From positions 73,152 to 137,151 of the IMG/VR virus record IMGVR_UViG_3300027740_000183: 64,000 bases of DNA. One strand, given 5' to 3'. Of this stretch, positions 18,183 to 28,035 are shown piece by piece. The stretch is from a virus. Every line of letters starts with the position of its first letter. The stretch's first letter is position 1. The notes beneath the pieces are model-generated. The model was not told the origin of the DNA. It did not search any database and saw only the letters and a program-made list of their open reading frames with translations. The translations under genes were made by a program, and so were the position numbers.

Positions 18183-18538
18183 ACTATTTTTTTCCTTATG
18201 AAAAGTGCGATCGGGCAATATTTTTCACAATATTCCGCTGTGTGTGGGATGGGGTCGTATTGCCACAAATCTCTTTCCCTGCATTTGGTACTACAACAAT
18301 ACTTTACAATGTTTTCTAACGTTTCTTCTGCCTTTTTGGTATTTTTAACAAATTCATAAATACAACAATTAGATCCTTGATGGAGTAGAATAGAGCGCAA
18401 GCAATCACCAGAATACCAACAATGGTAACAAATCTCACAAACAACTGGCTTAGCGGATAAAGATACCAAAGAAGACTTATGTTTGTTGTACTGAGATAAC
18501 AAAGAAGTAGAGGTAGACTTGAGGGGATTATTGGGCAT
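18179..18538 (-). CDS. Cys-rich hypothetical protein
   Basis: Multiple CxxC motifs. Confidence 0.45.
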   Translation of the reverse strand: MPNNPLKSTSTSLLSQYNKHKSSLVSLSAKPVVCEICYHCWYSGDCLRSILLHQGSNCCIYEFVKNTKKAEETLENIVKYCCSTKCRERDLWQYDPIPHTAEYCEKYCPIALFIRKKIV

Positions 18539-19286
18539 AAAATATTGTTGGGTTGTACTTTTCTAGTCGTTTCTTCATCACTCCTACAGCTTGTGGATTG
18601 TTGTCGATAAGGGTGCAGCTACGCCCATACTTAGCCGCTGCTTCCCCCAACGTGCCAGATCCCCCAAAAAAGTCTAGTAAATTATCACCAGGGTTAGAAT
18701 GCACTTTTACAATTCGTTCTATTATTTTAAGGGGTTTTTGCGTCGGATATCCTACTCTTTCATTTCCATTAGTGGGGCAAATCGTTTGTTTCCACCAATC
18801 TGTGGGAGTTTTGCCAACCGCTGCCTTCTTAGCCCCACAAAGACCTGGAGCTTCATAAGGCAAACGATCCATGGCGTCAAAGTTAAAAATACGGTTATTC
18901 GCATTTTTTGCATAATATAAAATATTGTCGTGTTTACAGCTCCAGCGAGTTTTAGAGCGAGATCCATAGTCGTAGCACCACACAATTTCATTAATAAAGT
19001 TATCCCTACCAAAAATTTTATCACATTCTACTTTTACATAATGAACCCAGCGGTAATCTAAATGAATAAAAATGCTACCGTTACTAGTTAGCAAGCGGTA
19101 CGCTTCTTGAATTCTGGGCATAAGAAATTCCAAGTAATTGGTAGAGTAGTCTTCATAAAACTTTCCATGTATTTTTTGAATTTTACCTGTACCAAATGGT
19201 GGATCTATGTAAATCAGTTGAAATTGTTCTGATTCCAAAGATTGTAAGATCGATAAGTTGTCGCCCCGGTAGATTGAGATTGTCAT
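18528..19286 (-). CDS. N6/N4 DNA methyltransferase (beta class)
   Basis: LIYIDPPF, YPTQKP, LDFFGGSGT. Confidence 0.93.
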   Translation of the reverse strand: MTISIYRGDNLSILQSLESEQFQLIYIDPPFGTGKIQKIHGKFYEDYSTNYLEFLMPRIQEAYRLLTSNGSIFIHLDYRWVHYVKVECDKIFGRDNFINEIVWCYDYGSRSKTRWSCKHDNILYYAKNANNRIFNFDAMDRLPYEAPGLCGAKKAAVGKTPTDWWKQTICPTNGNERVGYPTQKPLKIIERIVKVHSNPGDNLLDFFGGSGTLGEAAAKYGRSCTLIDNNPQAVGVMKKRLEKYNPTIFYAQ

Positions 19287-19293
19287 AAAACTT

Positions 19294-19896
19294 TTATAAG
19301 TATTTTTTAAATTTTTTAAAGCCTTTATTAGTAATGATATACTCCCCTATGCGTAGATCTTCTACGTATCTAATGCCCGTGGCACTAACAGGCATAAGAT
19401 AATTTATTCTTTTAACTAAATATTTATTTTTTACCCCATAATTTATAGCATTTAGAAAATCTTCTTCCTTTCCTAATTCTGTTTCCTCTTTCGGAAACAT
19501 TCCCCAATTGGCTAGAGTGTGAAGATTATTTTCTTCTGCAGAATTAAATTTTTTAATACGAATATAATAAGAAGGATTACTCATATAGGGAGGGTTGCCA
19601 GTTATTTCACACTCATAAACAAGCATGCTACCCAATCTATTTAAACCTACCATTATCGCAATAAACCCAGACGGATAGTGATTTACTAACTTTAAAATCT
19701 TTTTAGTAATATATACAGGTATTTTTTTAAAAAACCCAATTATAACTTTTATACATCTTTGTAGCCATGGCGATTTTTCTATCGTAAGTATAACCATAAC
19801 AAGTATAAATATCGCTACCCCGATAATAAAAGTCCAAGGGGAAACAGAAATACCCATGTTCTTTAAAGCATTTTCTATATCTTCCCAAGTTGGCAT
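19294..19896 (-). CDS. Hypothetical membrane protein
   Basis: N-terminal hydrophobic helix WTFIIGVAIFILVMVILTI. Confidence 0.5.
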   Translation of the reverse strand: MPTWEDIENALKNMGISVSPWTFIIGVAIFILVMVILTIEKSPWLQRCIKVIIGFFKKIPVYITKKILKLVNHYPSGFIAIMVGLNRLGSMLVYECEITGNPPYMSNPSYYIRIKKFNSAEENNLHTLANWGMFPKEETELGKEEDFLNAINYGVKNKYLVKRINYLMPVSATGIRYVEDLRIGEYIITNKGFKKFKKYL

Positions 19897-19908
19897 GTCA
19901 ACTATCCC

Positions 19909-21234
19909 CTAATCAAAAAACTCTCCAGTCTCGTCATCATAACTTTCGTTGAATCGTTCTTTCACTGTACCCTCATCATAATCTTCTATTTTCATAAAAT
20001 CAAAATCTGGAGCCAGTTTGAAAGGAAAAAATCCCCAACCTCGCGTAACTAGCTGATTTACTTCGATACACCCAGATGTTTTTTCACCCTCTCCATAAAA
20101 CCATGTCCATATATTGGTGGCGTGTTCTTTCAGCGCTTTGCTATATCTAATGTCCCCATCAGCATTCATCTGAGCTGGTACAATAAAAAAAGCATTCATT
20201 TCTATAGTTAATTTCTTTAACTCTCTACTCCATTCGTCTAACTTTTCCCATTTAGCCATTTTTTCGGGTAGCCCTGACAGTAAGTTGATGTAGTCAAGAC
20301 AAATAATGTTATATCTCATCGGTTTTATTTTAAGTCGTAAATCTCTTATTGTAAAATCTACAGGACTTTGTATTGTAAACCTGCAATTATTTTTACGACC
20401 ATGTTCGATAAAGGAATTATATGCCACCTGTATTGTTTTTAATTCAGGAGGAGTACATATCCGTTGTCTTATTTTACTATATTTAACACCAGATATGTGA
20501 GAAAATAAACGATCTGCTATCTCTTCCGGAGGCATTTCTAGCGTGATAAAACACACATCTTTGTTATGTCTCAAATACATACGAATACACATATTTAACG
20601 CAACAATAGATTTACCGCCTTTGGCATGGGAAGCCAGAAACAGGAGGTCATTGGGGCCAAAACCTTTAACAATTTTGTCAAAATTATTAAATGTGGAGGG
20701 GATAAGATTCGATCTTTCCACGTTAAGAATATTGTTATAAAGCTCTGGTGAGTTAAATCCGGAGCCGAGATGAAACATTTTTGCTTCTTCCACCGAACTA
20801 CTTCTCATGTCCAACATTGTTTTTTCCATATCCCCCATTATGGAATCAATATCTAAAGCCTCTGTGTCATCTAACGCACTCATCGCATTAGCGGTATTGG
20901 CTTGAAACTCCGCTAGTTTTCTTATCCTTCTGTAGTAACTAAGAATGTCGATTAGATGAGTAGCGTCATCGTCGTTAGTAACCGCGTCTTGGGTAACAAG
21001 CAACTCTATCGTGTTTTCTGGTAATCCTGGAGTTCTGCAAAATGTTTCTATGGTAGGAAGTGCTGTTGATTTCGTCATCACGTCGAGCAGCACTTGGTAT
21101 ATTTGCTGCACAGTACTGTACCCGAAGTGATCTAGTTTTATATGATTTAAAATCTTTAAACGAATGTTGTCACTACTCGCCAACATGGACAACATAGCTT
21201 TTAATTCAATATCTTTGTCGAAAAAACGATGCAT
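19909..21234 (-). CDS. dnaB: DnaB-like replicative helicase
   Basis: Walker A variant ASHAKGGKS, ITLEM, ICLDY, LKKL..E..FIVPAQMN, IRYSKAL. Confidence 0.9.
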   Translation of the reverse strand: MHRFFDKDIELKAMLSMLASSDNIRLKILNHIKLDHFGYSTVQQIYQVLLDVMTKSTALPTIETFCRTPGLPENTIELLVTQDAVTNDDDATHLIDILSYYRRIRKLAEFQANTANAMSALDDTEALDIDSIMGDMEKTMLDMRSSSVEEAKMFHLGSGFNSPELYNNILNVERSNLIPSTFNNFDKIVKGFGPNDLLFLASHAKGGKSIVALNMCIRMYLRHNKDVCFITLEMPPEEIADRLFSHISGVKYSKIRQRICTPPELKTIQVAYNSFIEHGRKNNCRFTIQSPVDFTIRDLRLKIKPMRYNIICLDYINLLSGLPEKMAKWEKLDEWSRELKKLTIEMNAFFIVPAQMNADGDIRYSKALKEHATNIWTWFYGEGEKTSGCIEVNQLVTRGWGFFPFKLAPDFDFMKIEDYDEGTVKERFNESYDDETGEFFD

Positions 21235-21360
21235 TACTTTTTAATAGCAGATAGCAGCAGCAAGGTAACAAAAGCAACAAACCAAAGCAACAAAAGGGTA
21301 TGACTGGCAGCTAGTACAGCTTTAATGATAGGTGTTAAAATACTACACAAATCTAACATG

Positions 21361-21609
21361 TTATTTTTTTACAAAATGCAGCTCGTAATCAATCCACATT
21401 ATTGCTAACGTGGCAATACAAGCAATGGACATGTTAACACGAGGAGTTACACCATATATGCCAAGAGCTAAACTAAGCATAATGGCAGATCTCGCTACTA
21501 ATTTAATGACGTTCCAAAACTTTTTTCTACTGCACTCCAGACTTTGAGACTCCTCCAAATCATGAAGTTCCTGTTCCAGCCTTTGTATTCTGTCGTCTTG
21601 ACTATTCAT
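21361..21609 (-). CDS. Small membrane protein
   Basis: Two hydrophobic segments. Confidence 0.45.
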   Translation of the reverse strand: MNSQDDRIQRLEQELHDLEESQSLECSRKKFWNVIKLVARSAIMLSLALGIYGVTPRVNMSIACIATLAIMWIDYELHFVKK

Positions 21610-22183
21610 TAGCTCTCAGTCTGGCTACTTCAGCAAGTATGGGTTTAATTACTGCATCATTGAAATCAAAAATGGTTCCAACTTTGACAGGAATAGTTTC
21701 TATTTTATGCTTCTTTAACAACTTTACAATCTTTTTATGTATTTTATCAGATTCTTCGCTATCGTGTTTTCTGCCAACACTTTCGTAACCTTCAAAATTC
21801 TTTATTAGTAAAAAATTTATATTGTTATAACTGTTGTAAGTTTTTAGTACTAGTTTTTGCAGCGTTTTGTCTTTTTCTAAATCGTAACATATACAAAGCG
21901 GTAAGGGCGAATCTGTGATAATGACTCTGACTTTTCCCCTCAACACACGTTGTTTATGTTGCTGGCGACCAAATACATAAATTTGATCTTCTAACGTGTT
22001 TAATGAATTTTCCCAAACACAGGTTTTGGCATACTCATTAACTAGTTCACAGGATACCCTTTTTGCTTTCAATGTGGAAAAGGTTTGGGCAGAAATGGTG
22101 GATTTCCCCACCCCAGGGGAACCAAAAAAATTAACAACTAGTGTGGCTTTACACATAAAATATTGATCTAAATTTTTCCGCAA
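21602..22183 (-). CDS. P-loop NTPase, NadR/Ttd14-type AAA (NMP kinase-like)
   Basis: FFGSPGVGKST, ELVNEYAK, IITDSPL. Confidence 0.8.
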   Translation of the reverse strand: MRKNLDQYFMCKATLVVNFFGSPGVGKSTISAQTFSTLKAKRVSCELVNEYAKTCVWENSLNTLEDQIYVFGRQQHKQRVLRGKVRVIITDSPLPLCICYDLEKDKTLQKLVLKTYNSYNNINFLLIKNFEGYESVGRKHDSEESDKIHKKIVKLLKKHKIETIPVKVGTIFDFNDAVIKPILAEVARLRANE

Positions 22184-22199
22184 ATAAATAGAGAGCTTG

Positions 22200-23477
22200 C
22201 TACACTTTAGTTAAGGCAGTACTGTCCGATTCTTCGTTGTACACAAAAACAGGTTCGCCTTCGCGCTCTATCACGTCAGCAGTAATAATTATTTCTTTCA
22301 CACCTTTTTTGGTGTAACTGGGCGCGTTGTACATGAGATCTAACATTGCTCTTTCTATAATGGAACGTAACCCTCTAGCACCGTTTCCTTTAGCTAACGC
22401 TTTATCCGCAATAGTACTAAGGGCATCTTCTTGCCACGTTAGTACCAAATTATTCATTTTAAATAACTTAGCATACTGTTTAGTTAGCGAATTTTTGGGC
22501 TCTACCAATATTTTTAGTAGAGATTCTTTGTCCAAGTTATGAAGTGTAGCTGTTACAGGAATACGTCCTACGAACTCAGGGATAAGACCAGCCATAATAA
22601 GATCTTCTGGCTCCACTTCTTTCACTATTTCACCAGCATTTTTATTTTTATACTTAGAGTCTGTAACGGCTCCAAAGCCAATTCGTTTTGACTCCGTTTT
22701 TCGCTCCGTTATCACTTTAGCTAAGGAAGTAAAGGCACCTCCACAAATAAATAAAATATGAGAAGTGTTTACTTTTACAAATTCTTGATTTGGATTTCTG
22801 CGCCCATGTTTTGGCGACACATTAATAGTGGATCCTTCAAGAATCTTTAGTAGCCCTTGCTGAACACCCTCGCCTCCAACATCACGAGTTGTTGAAGTAT
22901 TGCCGTTTTTCTTAACAATTTTATCAATTTCGTCAATGTAGATAATACCTTTTTCAGCTAACTTAACATCAAACTCTGCATTTTGAAGTAAATTGGTAAC
23001 TATTGACTCCACGTCTTCACCAACGTAACCTGCCTCAGTAAGTGCAGTAGCATCACTCATTGATAGCGGCACTTTCAAAATTTTAGCAAGAGTTTGAACC
23101 AGTAACGTTTTACCAGTACCTGTGGGACCAAGCATGAGCACATTACTTTTTTGAATCTCTATACCATCATCAGCATTAGACTCAATTCTACGATAATGGT
23201 TATAAACAGCTACGGATAAAATCTTTTTGGCAAATTCTTGCCCAATAACATGTTCATCAAGTTGTTTTTTAATCTCGTCAGGTGTAGGTAATTCGGTATA
23301 TTTGTCTACATTGTTCTTCTCTGTATCCTTTAGTATCATGTCATAGCAGGTCTCGATACATTCGTTGCATGCGTATGCCGACTCCCCTAATATTTTTTGT
23401 CCCTCGATTAGTCTAGCAACTGCTGCTTGCGATTTACCACAAAAAGAACATTTTATAGCCATACTATTATTCAGCAC
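22200..23477 (-). CDS. clpX: ATP-dependent Clp protease ATP-binding subunit ClpX
   Basis: CSFCGK zinc finger, GPTGTGKT, TEAGYVGEDVE, IDEIDK, ILFICGGAF, IGF loop, GARGLR. Confidence 0.97.
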   Translation of the reverse strand: MLNNSMAIKCSFCGKSQAAVARLIEGQKILGESAYACNECIETCYDMILKDTEKNNVDKYTELPTPDEIKKQLDEHVIGQEFAKKILSVAVYNHYRRIESNADDGIEIQKSNVLMLGPTGTGKTLLVQTLAKILKVPLSMSDATALTEAGYVGEDVESIVTNLLQNAEFDVKLAEKGIIYIDEIDKIVKKNGNTSTTRDVGGEGVQQGLLKILEGSTINVSPKHGRRNPNQEFVKVNTSHILFICGGAFTSLAKVITERKTESKRIGFGAVTDSKYKNKNAGEIVKEVEPEDLIMAGLIPEFVGRIPVTATLHNLDKESLLKILVEPKNSLTKQYAKLFKMNNLVLTWQEDALSTIADKALAKGNGARGLRSIIERAMLDLMYNAPSYTKKGVKEIIITADVIEREGEPVFVYNEESDSTALTKV

Positions 23478-23533
23478 TCCATTAGTTAAAGTTTAAACTG
23501 CGCTCTAACATCACTGTCTTAGTTATTTTTTAG

Positions 23534-23564
23534 CCACAATCTATAAGGTGTTGGGATACCTTTT
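23534..23564 (-). promoter_or_regulatory. 31-nt 5'-leader repeat / putative pseudoknot, copy 3
   Basis: AAAAGGTATCCCAACACCTTATAGATTGTGG, upstream of clpX. Confidence 0.7.
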
Positions 23565-23836
23565 AATCTTCTTTTACAACATTTTGGTAACTTTGCTAAC
23601 TATTTTCACAAACGATTGCCTAATTTTTGAGTCAGGATTCCAAAAAACGTCAACTAAAAAATACAAAAATATACCGGTACCTACAGCTAACAAGGTGGAG
23701 TACAGATCTGTGGTAGCAGTAATCGTATTTCTTATCGGGCCATGAAACATGGAGCAAACTATCTCCCGTTGGTGATGTATAGAACAAAAGTGACAACACA
23801 CATAAAAATTATCAATGTAATTAACATACTATTTCT

Positions 23837-25373
23837 CCGTTATACAAATACTTAACAAAATCTATTGTTAAACATCTGTTTTGAAGCTGTGCAGAGATCA
23901 GTTGATTCCTCTACAGTAAGCTTCTGGCTGTGCGGTTCCAGCGCATTGTTTGGGTTAATGTTTAAAAATCCTTGAGAACAGTCCTGGTTAGAATTTCTTC
24001 TTTTCCAGTATAGTGCTTCAAGCATTTCCTTCACTTCTGATGTAGTATTACTTAGTGTTATTACTAAAGCAGTACCAACTTGTTTTACCTTAGAACGTCT
24101 AAGCAAATTAACACCTCCTACCACATCAGCATGAATTGTTCTGCCGCAAGAGCGGCACTTAAACTTTATTCCTACACGGTTACGTCTATTTACATACCCA
24201 CAACTAGGGCATATTTGAGACGTGTAAGCAGGGTTTACTTTTTCTACAACAGCCTTAGAGGACAACGCATTGATTAAAGCAAGGTAACAAAATCTTTTCT
24301 GTCCTTTAGTACCAGATAAGTCTAAATCCTCTACAACAAACACTGTGTTAGGATGTTTTTTAACTAATTTGTTGGCAATGTTACCTACTACTGTTTTTAA
24401 AAATCCTGTTAAGTTTTCTTCTAACGTGGCAACTCTACCACTATCTTCTACTAAACCTTGTCGCTGCCTGTTGGATCTTATCTCTTTAATTTTGCTGTAC
24501 TTCTCATCAAAAATAGGTTTGGTGTCTTTACCATACAGAGTACCTTCACTTGTGGCAGCTATTACATTTAAACCAACATCTATTCCTAAGTAGGCGCAGT
24601 CTTCAGAAGGTTCTTGAATCTCCCATTCTTTCTTATCTACTACCTCGAAACGCCACACCCCTTTTCTAGTTTTCCGTGCTAAAATACCTTTACTCACATC
24701 TTGTAATGATTTTACTAAAGGATTATTAGATAAAGGCAGTTGTATTCTACCAGCACCCGATTTAAGCCAAGAAAAAGCTAACCAATTTTTGGTAATTTTG
24801 GTAGATTCTGACTCACTCATAATACCTGTATTAATAGACATTCTCATTCCAACTCGATTGGTAATAGTAGGCTTTTTACCACTAATACTCTCATCCAATA
24901 GTAATTTCCAGTAAAAATCTAAATGTTCTTGGCTAACATTTTTAGTAGAAACTTGTACTGAGTATTTACCAATCGTGTAGAGTATTTTTGCAATATCTTT
25001 ACTAAAAGTACCTTCCTTTACTTGTTTGCTAATGTACTTTTTAATCCGTTGGTTATACTTGTTGGAAGCCCAACTAGTAACTTTTTCTATAGCATGTTGC
25101 TGACAGTTTTTAGCTATTTGACTGCTGAGAATTTCTGAAGTTGGAAAGAACACCCTGCTTTCAGTCCCTTTCTTTACTGAAAACTTACGAGCAGACAGAA
25201 GAACATCAACACAACTTTGTAAATAAGCAGTGTACTGATCCTGCAACAAATTTAGTTCTTCTACTTTACCCTTGTTGGTTTCTTTAAGTAGGAAGAAAAA
25301 ACGACTCTTTATCATAACATTTTTCTTTTACAACTATTTACTAATGATTTTCCAATTATGTATAAATCAATCC
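23837..25373 (-). mobile_element. Non-autonomous IS607-like element, copy 1
   Basis: Homology with copy 2 ends exactly at ...GTATTTGTATAACGG (GG core typical of IS607); left boundary approximate. Confidence 0.7.
23852..25315 (-). CDS. tnpB: TnpB RNA-guided nuclease (IS607-type)
   Basis: RuvC-I LGIDVG, RuvC-II FVVEDL, NPAYTSQICPSCG..CRSCG Zn finger, RuvC-III HADVVG. Confidence 0.9.
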   Translation of the reverse strand: MIKSRFFFLLKETNKGKVEELNLLQDQYTAYLQSCVDVLLSARKFSVKKGTESRVFFPTSEILSSQIAKNCQQHAIEKVTSWASNKYNQRIKKYISKQVKEGTFSKDIAKILYTIGKYSVQVSTKNVSQEHLDFYWKLLLDESISGKKPTITNRVGMRMSINTGIMSESESTKITKNWLAFSWLKSGAGRIQLPLSNNPLVKSLQDVSKGILARKTRKGVWRFEVVDKKEWEIQEPSEDCAYLGIDVGLNVIAATSEGTLYGKDTKPIFDEKYSKIKEIRSNRQRQGLVEDSGRVATLEENLTGFLKTVVGNIANKLVKKHPNTVFVVEDLDLSGTKGQKRFCYLALINALSSKAVVEKVNPAYTSQICPSCGYVNRRNRVGIKFKCRSCGRTIHADVVGGVNLLRRSKVKQVGTALVITLSNTTSEVKEMLEALYWKRRNSNQDCSQGFLNINPNNALEPHSQKLTVEESTDLCTASKQMFNNRFC

Positions 25374-25726
25374 TCTAAATTTAACGCCAGTTGTCTTGTA
25401 CTTAGCAGTGCTTTATTTTTCACTTCTTGTTCTCTAATCTCTAAATCGATTAATGCCCTTATCGCCATAGCAGCGGTTTGTACCAATTCTTTTTTGTACT
25501 CTTCTACACTGCCATTCTCGTATACCACATGAAGTGCTGCCCTAACCGCTTCGCCAGACTCTTCGGATAAGATACATACTCCGTGTAAAAGGTCATCGGG
25601 AAAACCAGGAAACTTTGTTTCCGCTTTGCTGAGTTCCTCTCGAACAAGGGAAAAGCAACGGTCTAGACTTTCTTTGCTGGTTATACAATCGTGTTGCTTT
25701 GGTTTTTTATTGTTCATAATTAACAC
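25367..25726 (-). CDS. MazG-like nucleotide pyrophosphohydrolase
   Basis: ILSEESGEAVRA...KKELVQTAAMAI. Confidence 0.7.
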   Translation of the reverse strand: MLIMNNKKPKQHDCITSKESLDRCFSLVREELSKAETKFPGFPDDLLHGVCILSEESGEAVRAALHVVYENGSVEEYKKELVQTAAMAIRALIDLEIREQEVKNKALLSTRQLALNLED

Positions 25727-25952
25727 TCATAACTGTTTTTAGTATGTCTACTATTTTAATGTTGTTCTCGTTCCAATAGTTTTGATTACTCAACATGAGA
25801 TCGTGCAGAAAAGAATGAGCTGAAACTGCATGTCTAAAATTACCTAACAAATTACCAGAATATTTTTCTACAAGAATCCAACGTACCTGTGTTTTATTAC
25901 CAGCTTTAGAACTATCTACTTTGAGTTTTAATGCATAATTATTGTCACACAT
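25707..25952 (-). CDS. Hypothetical protein
   Basis: ORF with AGGAG RBS. Confidence 0.5.
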   Translation of the reverse strand: MCDNNYALKLKVDSSKAGNKTQVRWILVEKYSGNLLGNFRHAVSAHSFLHDLMLSNQNYWNENNIKIVDILKTVMSVNYEQ

Positions 25953-25977
25953 TTTGATATCTCCTGTATTTTTAACA

Positions 25978-26253
25978 CTACTCTTTTTCTAAATCCTTAA
26001 CAATAGATTTTTCTATTATAAAATCCGATAATTTTAACGCATCCTCTGCAGATAATATAACCTCATCAGCCCATGGATTACCTGTTTTAATAATGCGCCA
26101 ACACCACCGAATACGCTCATTGAAACATAGAAGATGATCTCTAAACCTGTTCCAAATAGAAATTTCAAAATCTTGTTCATCGTCCCACTTTGTAATTTCT
26201 AAAGCGTGTCCAGTGCAATTACATTTTAAAAATAACGATTTTTTATCACTCAT
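25978..26253 (-). CDS. Hypothetical phage protein
   Basis: Start MSDKK after AGGAG; CxC..H motif. Confidence 0.5.
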   Translation of the reverse strand: MSDKKSLFLKCNCTGHALEITKWDDEQDFEISIWNRFRDHLLCFNERIRWCWRIIKTGNPWADEVILSAEDALKLSDFIIEKSIVKDLEKE

Positions 26254-26286
26254 ATTTTCTCTCCTGTGCAAGCGGAATGAATCGCG

Positions 26287-27510
26287 TTAACTGATCCATT
26301 TTAATGTTTTTTGGTGATAACACCAATTAACATTTTTAGTATTAAAATCTAAAATATTATCATCATCTTTAACTCTTATAGCTTTGCCTCTACTGTGTAT
26401 ACCCACAACAACATATTTTTTGTTATTACCTTTAAATTTAACTAAATCCTCAGGTCTAGTTGAATACCTTTTCGTTCTAACTGAATGTGCATAACCTTTC
26501 CTGTTTTTCTGTAAAACTCTGTTATTTTTACGTTTTTGTTTAATCTCTACTGGGTCTGATCTTTTTTGATCCGCTCCACCTGCTATTACAAAAGCGTCAT
26601 TATAATGTGTTTTTTCTAATCGTAATGAATTTCTTACAATGTTAGTGATGTAACCAAAGGTAGTTTTAATTCCAGATAAATCTTCTTTAAACCTGTTCCT
26701 GACAATACTCATCCATGTCTCTGCTTTATATTGTTTATTGTGCTTTAACTTACTAAAATCTTTTTTCTTATGTAACTTATTATGACACTTCTCGTGTAGT
26801 AGTGCTAAATTGTTTGGCTTATTTGTGCCTTTAGGTTTAGGAATAATGTGGTGGATATGACTAGAGTTACCAGCACTAAACTTTTTACCACAATACTGAC
26901 AACGACCGTGCTCTCTTGCAAATAGGTATGACCTCATATTTTGGTAATCATAGAGGGGTCCTTGTTGGTATTCAATTCCCTGTATTTCAGGATTATTGAT
27001 TTTTTGAATATCAAAAGACGCGGTTTCAATGACTATTTCTGTTATAGGGTACCAAGCACAGAGTTTACGAATAAAATTCAAAATAGATTGATACCGTCTT
27101 CTAACTGAGGGTGGTAACCAACCTTTAGGTATTGATCTGTTGTCAAATCTAGATTCTCTGTACCAAAGTTTATTACGTCTAGTTCTTCTGTACTTAGATC
27201 TGCTTTCCAATCTCTCCTTTGTCCCATTATCTAACTCTAAAGTGCCACACACTAATTCTCTACTGCTACTTACCACACTGAACCCGTTCCATCTGTACCC
27301 AACATCTATACCTAACACTAACCTATCTATTGTTTCTCCTGTAGCTATCTTCAACTTGATCACAAATGGGTACAAACTAATTACTACTGCTTTGCCTTCT
27401 TTCAATAATTTCCTAGCTACTCTACGCCGACAAGGCATCAATGGCTTACCCCTCATGTTAACCACGGGGACTCTCAAGCCCCGTCTGTTATCACTAACAG
27501 GTAAATCCAC
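26287..27510 (-). CDS. iscB: IscB RNA-guided nuclease, catalytically intact
   Basis: PLMP, RuvC-I LGIDVG, Arg-rich bridge helix RRTRRNK, WLPPS, RuvC-II IETASFD, HNH (CQYC..HIHH..NL..CH), RuvC-III HYNDA. Confidence 0.95.
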   Translation of the reverse strand: MDLPVSDNRRGLRVPVVNMRGKPLMPCRRRVARKLLKEGKAVVISLYPFVIKLKIATGETIDRLVLGIDVGYRWNGFSVVSSSRELVCGTLELDNGTKERLESRSKYRRTRRNKLWYRESRFDNRSIPKGWLPPSVRRRYQSILNFIRKLCAWYPITEIVIETASFDIQKINNPEIQGIEYQQGPLYDYQNMRSYLFAREHGRCQYCGKKFSAGNSSHIHHIIPKPKGTNKPNNLALLHEKCHNKLHKKKDFSKLKHNKQYKAETWMSIVRNRFKEDLSGIKTTFGYITNIVRNSLRLEKTHYNDAFVIAGGADQKRSDPVEIKQKRKNNRVLQKNRKGYAHSVRTKRYSTRPEDLVKFKGNNKKYVVVGIHSRGKAIRVKDDDNILDFNTKNVNWCYHQKTLKWIS

Positions 27511-27761
27511 TTCGAGGTTGTTAACAATCCGTTCGTTCTTCTTAGAACTTTCGTTTTTCTCAAAACTGCACTGATCACTGAGACTTTGATCTCTGTTTAA
27601 ACCAGTACTTGTAGAGCAAAGGACTTGTGGAGCATCCTTTGGTACGTTCTTTAACTTTGTTGTTACTAACTAGCCCTCTAATCAACTATTGGGTTAGTAT
27701 TGCTACCAACCTTATCTCGTAATCACTTACAAGCCCACGACTTTAGTCGTGGGTAATTGAC
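27511..27761 (-). ncRNA. IscB omegaRNA (HEARO) scaffold
   Basis: Begins GTCAATTACCCACGACTAAAGTCGTGGGCTTG; contains GGATGCTCCACAAGTCC..GCTCT and TTAAACAG motifs; directly upstream of iscB. Confidence 0.9.
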
Positions 27762-27785
27762 TCTAATCCACTGAACTACGCAAAA
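27762..27785 (-). pseudogene. 5' fragment of a tRNA interrupted by the IscB element (equals the predicted guide)
   Basis: TTTTGCG TA GTTC AGTGGATTA GA; possible 3' remnant CCGCT TGCACAG G at 26263-26275. Confidence 0.5.
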
Positions 27786-27882
27786 TTAAAAAATAATTAA
27801 AAATTTTATTTTTACCCACAACTTATTTCTGTTTTTTCTCGGAACAATTTCTGCAAGGTTCCGCCACAACAGCTTCTAACGC

Positions 27883-27919
27883 TATCAGGGATGTGCTTTA
27901 CCAACTGAGCTACTCGCAT
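27883..27919 (-). pseudogene. 5' half of tRNA-Ile(GAT)
   Basis: ATGCGAG TA GCTC AGTTGGTA AAGC A CATCC CT GAT A, then unrelated sequence. Confidence 0.65.
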
Positions 27920-27944
27920 TCAATGTTTTCTATATTTACTACAG

Positions 27945-28018
27945 CGAACCCAGAAGGACTCGAACCTTCCACCTACAGCTTAGAAGGCTGTCGCTCTTTC
28001 CAGATGAGCTATGGGTTC
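27945..28018 (-). tRNA. tRNA-Arg(TCT)
   Basis: GAACCCA/TGGGTTC acceptor, GCTC/GAGC D arm, ACAGC-CTTCTAA-GCTGT anticodon arm, GAAGG-TTCGAGT-CCTTC T arm; no encoded CCA. Confidence 0.95.
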
Positions 28019-28035
28019 ATATGACAACAAAATAG

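Noticed and set aside
23852-25315. Cas12f/Cas14 CRISPR effector
   Set aside because: No adjacent array; duplicated with transposon-like GG-bounded ends, so called IS607 TnpB.
3153-27919. Trans-spliced split tRNA from the Ile 5' half (27883) and the Asn-like 3' half (3153)
   Set aside because: Acceptor (ATGCGAG vs CTCAGGA) and anticodon stems (CATCC vs CCGAT) are not complementary.
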